A stretch of 64,000 nt of DNA from Promethearchaeota archaeon (GTDB lineage: Archaea > Asgardarchaeota > Hermodarchaeia > Hermodarchaeales > Hermodarchaeaceae), in the NCBI GenBank assembly GCA_048938295.1, contig JBHLMI010000008.1, forward strand, positions 14,082 to 78,081. The letters run 5' to 3'. Position numbers and translations under genes: made by a program. Every line of letters begins with the position of its first letter. The stretch's first letter is position 1. The notes under the pieces were generated by a model. That model did no database searches. It had not been told where the DNA came from and worked only from the letters and a program-made list of their open reading frames with translations. Shown in pieces: positions 57,812-64,000 of this stretch.

Positions 57812-58807
57812 CTAGCGTTCTTCTTGCAAGCTCTCTAGGCTCTCAATTACAACGTCACGCTGTCCCTGTCGGGTGAGGCTCCGCAGAAACGTTCCTAGCA
57901 CACCCACTTCACTGACACCAAGCCGTTGCATGGCATGAATTGTTCGTTTTTCGAAATCATCTAATGAGAGGGCTTGCGGGTCAATTCCAATGAACTCTAC
58001 TAAACTCGATTCCGTCTTGACCTCCACCACCACATCTTCATGAACGGGTTGTGGTTCGCTTGGTGGTGGAATTGGTGTGGTGTCTGGTGCGTTTACTGGT
58101 GGTGGTTCCATCGGGACCACTACTTCAGGTTCAATAGCTGGCTCCGGTTCAGGTTCAGGCGTTACCTCAACCACTGGTTTAGGAATTGGCTCAATGTTCG
58201 GCGTAGGAGCCACAGGTTCCGGTTCTGGAACTGGCGCGGGAGCGGCAGGTTCAGCAGGTGGTGGTGTAGGCGCCTCTTCCACTTGGCCTGGCCACTTGGA
58301 TCCAATAATCGTTTTTGCCATTAGAATAAATGCGTCTCCCACATTTTCGTCCATCTTCGCACTTGTCTCAACATACTGCAACCCCGCTTGCGCCGCAAAG
58401 GCCTCCGCCTCCTCACGTGACACAACACGCTGATCCAGCAAATCCGTCTTATTCCCAATCAGAATCCCTGGAATATTCCCTGCATTCTTCCGCGTCTCTT
58501 CCAGCCAACCAGCAAGGTGCTCAAAGGACGACCGATCAATTACACTTAACACATAAATGACACCGGTTGAGCCCTGATAGAACAAGGGACGCACACCCCC
58601 AAAATGGGGTTGACCTGCCAAGTCCCAAATTTGCAACTTGACAATTACAGTCCCAAGATCAACAGTCTTTACGGCAAAAGATGTACCAATGGTCATTTTG
58701 TATGTGTCGGTAAAGGTCCCCTGTGTATACCGGACAATAAGACTGGTTTTACCCACGGCGCCGTCGCCAGCAACAGGGACTTTGAAGATGTAGGTCGCTT
58801 TACTCAT
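57812..58807 (-). CDS. Ras/Rab-family small GTPase fused to a Pro/Glu-rich linker and a ~75-aa C-terminal domain
   Basis: G1 GDGAVGKTS, G3 WDLAGQ, G4 GNKTDL, G5 ETSAK. Residues 173-255 are PEPEPE/PAP repeats; then ..EFIGIDPQALSLDDFEKRTIHAMQRLGVSEVGVLGTFLRSL.. Confidence 0.8.
   Translation of the reverse strand: MSKATYIFKVPVAGDGAVGKTSLIVRYTQGTFTDTYKMTIGTSFAVKTVDLGTVIVKLQIWDLAGQPHFGGVRPLFYQGSTGVIYVLSVIDRSSFEHLAGWLEETRKNAGNIPGILIGNKTDLLDQRVVSREEAEAFAAQAGLQYVETSAKMDENVGDAFILMAKTIIGSKWPGQVEEAPTPPPAEPAAPAPVPEPEPVAPTPNIEPIPKPVVEVTPEPEPEPAIEPEVVVPMEPPPVNAPDTTPIPPPSEPQPVHEDVVVEVKTESSLVEFIGIDPQALSLDDFEKRTIHAMQRLGVSEVGVLGTFLRSLTRQGQRDVVIESLESLQEER
58043..58291 (-). repeat. low-complexity Pro/Glu/Ala/Val-rich coding repeat (linker of the GTPase)
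   Basis: EPAAPAPVPEPEPVAPTP...TPEPEPEPAIEPE. The nucleotide level shows GGTTC/GGTGG periodicity. Confidence 0.6.
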
Positions 58808-58935
58808 AGACAGTGTCTCCTTTAGGGGGTCAGTAAGGTGCTTAGGTATTTATTTTCTATGTTGGCTTTTAACTCGATTGGTGGTCCTTGCGTTTTACTT
58901 CGTTGGTGAATAGAAACACTACGTATTGAGCGTAG

Positions 58936-59622
58936 TTAATGCTCTTCGTCATCGTTGAAAGTCTCAAGCTGTTCGGGTGTGACGACCAAGATAGTGGTTT
59001 GATGATGAACCTCCTTGGTGTGGACTTGCTTTTTGGAGCGTCGTCGGCTGAAACCCAAACAGCTCACATTACAGACACAAGGAATAACGATGAGGACAAT
59101 GACACCAATAACAAGAATATATACGAAGAGGCTACTGAGTGACTCAACCGGATTTGTCGGAGTTGTTGGAACATTAGTTGACCATTGATAACGTGTGAGG
59201 CGGAGGGTAAAGTAGAGAGTGAGAGATCCTGTGTTGTTAAGGACAAAATACCACTGGCTCTGATGGGGTAGGTCGACGATGGTGTGGAGGCTGTAGTTGA
59301 CGACAGTAGTGTATTGGCAGTGGCTGGAAGAGCCGGTATCTAGCCATTGGTTGTAATCGACTTCGTCACAAACAAGGAGTGTGGTGGGGTGTAAGCCAAA
59401 ACCGCTGATGGTGAAGTTGATGCCCCACCGTTCTGTAGGCCCACGAGAGGCATTGAAAGTCCATTGGCTATTGCCAAGAAGAGGTTCGAAGTAGCCGATG
59501 TAGTCTTGTCCGGTTGCGATCCAATAACCCTCATAGGCGTCAACGGTAGAGATAGTAAAGATCACGAAAAAGAGTAGTAACAACAGCAGATAGGTGCGCA
59601 GATGTTGGGCCCGCATGGGCAT
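58936..59622 (-). CDS. secreted protein with signal peptide, C-terminal TM and Cys-rich tail
   Basis: From internal ATG: MPMRAQHLRTYLLLLLLFFVIFTISTVDA (signal). C-terminal TM LFVYILVIGVIVLIVIPCVCNVSCLGF. Confidence 0.45.
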   Translation of the reverse strand: MPMRAQHLRTYLLLLLLFFVIFTISTVDAYEGYWIATGQDYIGYFEPLLGNSQWTFNASRGPTERWGINFTISGFGLHPTTLLVCDEVDYNQWLDTGSSSHCQYTTVVNYSLHTIVDLPHQSQWYFVLNNTGSLTLYFTLRLTRYQWSTNVPTTPTNPVESLSSLFVYILVIGVIVLIVIPCVCNVSCLGFSRRRSKKQVHTKEVHHQTTILVVTPEQLETFNDDEEH

Positions 59623-59991
59623 TACCTCTGCATTTGCCGCGTGATTTGGTCGCTTTTTATTTGTTTCGGTCCAAGCGAGTGGTTCCCCTCGCTCCCCTCT
59701 CCTCCATGAACCCCCGTGATGGAATAGATTCTGAAGTACGTGGTTAGTTGTCGCAATCGATGACGGTGTCGTCATCTGGTAGATAGGTTATTCGCCATTT
59801 GCGGGGATGCAAATAGGGGCGTTGGGGTTCCACTCGAATGTCACCGGTCATGTTGTTCACCAGTAACCCCTCTAATCAGAAGGTGACTTAAATAGTCTGA
59901 GAGGGTGGCTGCCAACTAATATTCTCTTGGGATTAGTTGGAGAACCGTTCATTTCGTTGGGCAAGAGGTTATAAAGTACAGGTTTCAAAGG

Positions 59992-61113
59992 ATGGTATCG
60001 GTTGATGTTCATAGGTGTATTCAGATGACAATGACTTTAGCTCGTCAAATTATCCGGGATGCTTTGCGAGTGCGTGATCAAGAAAGAGTATGGATTCATT
60101 CGTGGGATCACACTTTGGAGTTAGCGCAGGAAGTGGCGCAGCAAGCATATCTACACGGGGCCTCAGTAACTCTTACTTTAATGACAGAGACTTTGCTTTC
60201 GCATATTCTGAAGAAAGCTCCGCAAGAAGCCGTAACTACGACACCGGCCCATTGGTTAGCAGGAGTGGGAAAGTCCGATGTGTTGATCGTATTAGATGGT
60301 CCCAATGATCCTGCTCCACTTAAAGCTGCAGACAAAGGGAAGGCGCTTTACGCTTCTGGGCAAATCATCCAGCTTCTCAGCACGGCAGTGTCAAATCGAG
60401 TACGGACACTTTTCGTTCGATCAACGGCGTTCACCGAAGCAGCAGCTAAGGCTTATGGGATTTCACATTCAACCCTAATGCAAGAAAATAACCAATGTAT
60501 GTCAGCGACCCAGTCAGCCATAATCAATTTGGGAAACCGTATCACAGCACTTCTTAGTAAGCACAGAGAGATTCATCTCAGTTCCAGTGAAGGAACAGAC
60601 CTGCGATTCCGGACCCGTGGTCGCCCACTCATCGATGATGGTATTATTGATCAAAATGACTTGCAAACCAAAAATGTCCTAGCCCAGATGCCTGCAGGGT
60701 CCGTCTCTATTCCCGTTGACCCGACCAGTGCTGAAGGCACAGTAGTCTTCAAGTGGCCTCGTGCATACCTTGGCGACACAATTGAAAATCTTCGACTGGA
60801 TTTCAAGAAAGGGCAAGTCGTTGGCACCAGGGCGCTAAAAGGTGAAAAGACCATCGAAGAAGCACTACAGGCTGGAAAAGGAACAAAGGACCAACTCACT
60901 CGCTTAACCTTTGGCATTAATGAGAAAGCCACAACCCACCTTGGACAGCCCCTCGACGATTTGATTCCAGGCTCAATCACACTGGGATTGGGAGCGAATA
61001 CATTCTTGGGGGGGAGTAGCCACAGCAACATTGCTTATAGTCATACCCTTAACGATGCCATTGTGAGCATTGGGCCTACAGCTATTATCATGGACGAAAA
61101 ACTCACGATTTAA
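59992..61113 (+). CDS. M29-like aminopeptidase (thermophilic metalloprotease family), tentative
   Basis: 373 aa. ..HLSSSEGTDLRFRTRGRPLIDDG.. resembles the Peptidase_M29 central block. Confidence 0.4.
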   Translation: MVSVDVHRCIQMTMTLARQIIRDALRVRDQERVWIHSWDHTLELAQEVAQQAYLHGASVTLTLMTETLLSHILKKAPQEAVTTTPAHWLAGVGKSDVLIVLDGPNDPAPLKAADKGKALYASGQIIQLLSTAVSNRVRTLFVRSTAFTEAAAKAYGISHSTLMQENNQCMSATQSAIINLGNRITALLSKHREIHLSSSEGTDLRFRTRGRPLIDDGIIDQNDLQTKNVLAQMPAGSVSIPVDPTSAEGTVVFKWPRAYLGDTIENLRLDFKKGQVVGTRALKGEKTIEEALQAGKGTKDQLTRLTFGINEKATTHLGQPLDDLIPGSITLGLGANTFLGGSSHSNIAYSHTLNDAIVSIGPTAIIMDEKLTI

Positions 61114-61127
61114 CACCAAAACAGCAC

Positions 61128-61493
61128 TCACGATGAGCTGGTTTCATCAATAAGAATAAGGATAGCCCCAATCACAAGAAGTAATCCAGCAATCCCCCAC
61201 GCACCAATAGCTACAATAATACCCAAACCTACCAAATACAAAGCAGCGCGCATGGGATCTACTTGAAACCACTGAGGAAATCTATTGAGAATAAAATAGC
61301 AGATGCCTAGTGCGAAGATGCTGATAATCAGCATCAGTATCTCATAGACATTCACTGCAAGATATGGTGGACCAATCCCTAACAACACAGTATAACCCCA
61401 ATATAAGCTCGAAAGAAGACCCAACACCAATCCCAGAATCGCGCCAACGCGAACAAGATACCCCGCGGTCTCAATCAATTCCATCGATATCAC
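61128..61493 (-). CDS. hypothetical 3-4 TM membrane protein
   Basis: 121-aa hydrophobic ORF with architecture similar to the next ORF. Confidence 0.45.
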   Translation of the reverse strand: MISMELIETAGYLVRVGAILGLVLGLLSSLYWGYTVLLGIGPPYLAVNVYEILMLIISIFALGICYFILNRFPQWFQVDPMRAALYLVGLGIIVAIGAWGIAGLLLVIGAILILIDETSSS

Positions 61494-61612
61494 ATGTTTG
61501 ATATTTTCTATTCCTATTCGTTATGGCTTGGTTAATAGGGTTTACGAAGAAAAAAGGAGAGGAGACTAGCGAATAGATCGCTAGCTCCACGATTAATCGC
61601 TTTCGCTGGATT

Positions 61613-61990
61613 TCAAGCCTTTACGTTTTCTTTGTCCAGAACCACAAGGATTCCAGCAATGAAAATGAGAATTCCTCCAACGGCAGCCCAAGAAAGGATA
61701 CCTAAGATAATGAGAGGGATCCAGGTTGCATGGTAGTCAGTTTCAAGCATGGGTACATATCTTCGCCAGACCAAAAAGGCACAGATTAAGGCAATGATAT
61801 CCAGAATGATGTAGATCGTAGCACTTGGAAGGATGAAAATCGCCCATATTCCAGCCAGCATAATAGATACGCCTTGGAAGAGAATCGAAACTATCGCTAA
61901 GATCATAGCGATGATTGCACCCCAAAAGCTCAATAGACGGACATATTGTTCATAAGCCAAAATATACCATCCTCCATAACGAGGTGACAA
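61613..61990 (-). CDS. hypothetical 3-4 TM membrane protein
   Basis: 125-aa hydrophobic ORF. Confidence 0.45.
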   Translation of the reverse strand: MSPRYGGWYILAYEQYVRLLSFWGAIIAMILAIVSILFQGVSIMLAGIWAIFILPSATIYIILDIIALICAFLVWRRYVPMLETDYHATWIPLIILGILSWAAVGGILIFIAGILVVLDKENVKA

Positions 61991-62125
61991 CTCTTGTATT
62001 GTATCCTTAGAAAAGGTTTTCGTGTCAGAAAAAAAAGCCCATAAATTGTCTTCCTAAGCGAAAGCAAACAAATCCGTTACCAAAATAAATTTAACATTTC
62101 ACAGTGCGACTGAAGTGACAAATAG

Positions 62126-62518
62126 GTGAAAAAAGCAATGCCTAATGCTGTCCGATACTATCGTCCACCTAGACGCATCCCACGGGAAGAAGGTGATGAT
62201 TACCCGTCTCGTTCCCGTATTCGAGACCTTATCTTGATCTTAGTTGGGTTAATCATTCTCATTGGCATCCTCTTCGGACTGAGTTATCTTTTTCAATTAT
62301 GGGGACTTTACACCATTTCCCTTGCCCTGCAATTATTCACCATCATCATAGTCTACGTTTGTGTTGGTGTTGGGTTTGCGGTAGGTCTAACCTATTTTGT
62401 TATGCAATCTTTTCTTAAACGTGAATTTAGAAAACGCTTCGAACGGATGGATCAAGCCTATTACGAGCAATATCGCAAACGAATGGGACTTGACAACCCC
62501 GACAACGAGGAGAAGTAA
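62126..62518 (+). CDS. hypothetical 2-TM membrane protein with charged N- and C-termini
   Basis: 130-aa ORF. Confidence 0.4.
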   Translation: MKKAMPNAVRYYRPPRRIPREEGDDYPSRSRIRDLILILVGLIILIGILFGLSYLFQLWGLYTISLALQLFTIIIVYVCVGVGFAVGLTYFVMQSFLKREFRKRFERMDQAYYEQYRKRMGLDNPDNEEK

Positions 62519-62621
62519 CCACCAGACTAATCCTAATTTGCCTCCATCTTCTGAGGTTAGTTACATCGAGTAAGCGGCATTTAAGAGTAAGATGTACGAA
62601 AGCATACAAAGGTGCAGGTTT

Positions 62622-63113
62622 ATGGGAGGCGCAAACGATCTGTTTCAACGTGCAGTCATTGCCTTAAGTGATGAAGATTATGACCGAGCTGAAAAACTCA
62701 CTAAAGAGCTCCTAGAACTCGAACCCAAAAACACAGATGGTTGGAACCTGCTAGCCAACATATACCAGCATAAAAAGCAGCTCGACGAGGCTATTCAGGC
62801 GGCGAGTAAAGCCACCAGCCTCGACCCTGAGAATCTCCAAAACTGGAACAACCTTGGATACCTCTACCTACTCCAAGGTAACTGGAGTGAAGGCGAACGC
62901 TGCTATGCAAAAGCCATCACCCTTCCAGATCCCACGCCAACGATTTTTCTCAACTATGCCTGGGCTCTCATCGAACTCGGAAAAGCAAAAGAAGCCGAAC
63001 AACAACTCCGCAAGGCCTTAGACCGATCCCTCGAGGACACACTCTATGACGATATCGAAACAAATGACCACTATACCAAATTACGACCCATCTTCAAACA
63101 AATACGAAAGTAG
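62622..63113 (+). CDS. TPR-repeat protein
   Basis: Three or four 34-aa TPR-like units (W-LG-Y..A...A..P pattern). Start at internal ATG. Confidence 0.6.
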   Translation: MGGANDLFQRAVIALSDEDYDRAEKLTKELLELEPKNTDGWNLLANIYQHKKQLDEAIQAASKATSLDPENLQNWNNLGYLYLLQGNWSEGERCYAKAITLPDPTPTIFLNYAWALIELGKAKEAEQQLRKALDRSLEDTLYDDIETNDHYTKLRPIFKQIRK

Positions 63114-63125
63114 CTCAAGAGTCCA

Positions 63126-63578
63126 TCATGGCTCTTCCTTTATCTTGAAAAAGCTCCCCGAGGTTACAGTCTGCCCTACCCCACGAATCTGACGCAACTG
63201 ATTAACCACAAGCTCACCAATCTCCTGAAGTGACCCACCCCGTGCTTTTAAAATGATATCCCATTGCCCTGCAACCACGTGCACTTCAACAACGTTTTTC
63301 AGCTTAGCAATGGCGCGAGCTACATCCTGTTGTGAGAGCCCGTCTACTGGATTATAGGTTACCAATACAAAGGCTGTAACTGGCAATCCAATCTGTGGAT
63401 AATCAGGAATCGCGACAATCCGCGAAATGATCTTGTTTGATTTCATTCGGTCAATCCGATGTTGAACCGTTGAGCGTGGCAATCGTAATTTTCTGGCAAT
63501 AGTTAATACCGTTTGACTTGCATCCAGCTGCAGCTCCTCGAGAATTCGCCAATCTTTTTTGTCAATCATAATTAGCAT
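63126..63578 (-). CDS. Lrp/AsnC-family transcriptional regulator (HTH plus RAM domain)
   Basis: DKKDWRILEELQLDASQTVLTIARKLRLPRSTVQHRIDRM (HTH), then a RAM domain. 150 aa. Confidence 0.85.
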   Translation of the reverse strand: MLIMIDKKDWRILEELQLDASQTVLTIARKLRLPRSTVQHRIDRMKSNKIISRIVAIPDYPQIGLPVTAFVLVTYNPVDGLSQQDVARAIAKLKNVVEVHVVAGQWDIILKARGGSLQEIGELVVNQLRQIRGVGQTVTSGSFFKIKEEP

Positions 63579-63685
63579 AATGCCAATAATAGCATATAAT
63601 TCTTGCTATAGATGAGCAAATTACCATTGCCATTAGCAAAAAGCTAATAACAATTGACTAACCTAAAGGCGCTGGGTGCGTTCGA

Positions 63686-64000
63686 ATGGAAATGGAATCA
63701 ACCCCACATCGTCAGCTCTCAAGCGAAGTAACCACAGACATGGGACGTGGTGTTCGATTCCGCTACCGGTCCATCCGATCCGCACGAGCCCAAGCCATCC
63801 TTACCATTCAACATGAGATTTCTCGGGCGTGCCGACACGTCTTGGACAGTAAAGGATTCTTGGAAGTCCTAGCCCCAATCATTGGCCCAGTGACAGACCC
63901 AGGCATCCGAGGCGCAGGAACGATCGAAGTGCCATTCTATGGTGAGATCTATGTGCTGATGACCAGCATGATCTTATATAAACAGATGACAGTGGCGAGT
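63686..64000 (+). CDS. class II aminoacyl-tRNA-synthetase-like catalytic core, N-terminal part (AsnRS/AspRS paralog, possibly AsnA-type); continues beyond the window end
   Basis: Own translation: MEMESTPHRQLSSEVTTDMGRGVRFRYRSIRSARAQAILTIQHEISRACRHVLDSKGFLEVLAPIIGPVTDPGIRGAGTIEVPFYGEIYVLMTSMILYKQ. Matches class IIb motif 1 and the QLYKQ-like block, with no anticodon-binding domain upstream. Confidence 0.5.
   Translation, partial: MEMESTPHRQLSSEVTTDMGRGVRFRYRSIRSARAQAILTIQHEISRACRHVLDSKGFLEVLAPIIGPVTDPGIRGAGTIEVPFYGEIYVLMTSMILYKQMTVAS

Noticed and set aside
58040-58433. Two plus-strand ORFs (WWWNW.. and GSGSG-rich) antisense to the GTPase Pro-rich linker
   Set aside because: Low-complexity mirror of the PEPE repeat region; antisense to a gene with intact G-boxes.
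1-64000. CRISPR array, rRNA, transposase or integrase
   Set aside because: No short regularly spaced direct repeats, no rRNA-like conserved stretches, and no ORF with transposase (DDE) or tyrosine/serine recombinase motifs were seen. The only mobile elements supported are the two inteins.

Overview
This 64-kb window has roughly 40-45% GC and reads as an archaeal chromosome fragment. Archaeal hallmarks are isopentenyl phosphate kinase, an archaeosortase-like protein, KaiC-like ATPases, an intein-bearing class II ribonucleotide reductase, a family-B DNA polymerase, TATA-like promoter elements and frequent GTG/TTG starts with GAGG-type ribosome-binding sites. Three Ras/Rab-like small GTPases with roadblock-like or zinc-ribbon partners give it an Asgard-like character; that lineage assignment is inference only. 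I call about 65 protein-coding genes and found no rRNA, tRNA or CRISPR array. Starts in the ORF track include GTG and TTG shown as M, so many start coordinates are approximate. The main contents are: (1) a divergent cluster of KaiC-like ATPases with an embedded small GTPase and a CheY-like receiver, next to a seven-PAS histidine kinase; (2) a GC-rich (~55-60%) island carrying a family-B DNA polymerase paralog with degenerate exonuclease motifs and a degenerate motif C; (3) a class II ribonucleotide reductase interrupted by two inteins with different homing endonucleases (LAGLIDADG and HNH), the HNH intein sitting on the active-site NP|CGE cysteine, with GC-rich exteins and AT-rich inteins; (4) a Ras-like GTPase operon with a multi-zinc-ribbon partner beside a large transmembrane surface protein whose cytoplasmic tail looks like a roadblock/MglB domain; (5) a TusA-DsrE-IscS-IscU sulfur-relay operon; (6) an isoprenoid kinase pair, duplicated major-facilitator transporters around a PadR regulator, several secreted peptidases, and an ABC transporter.
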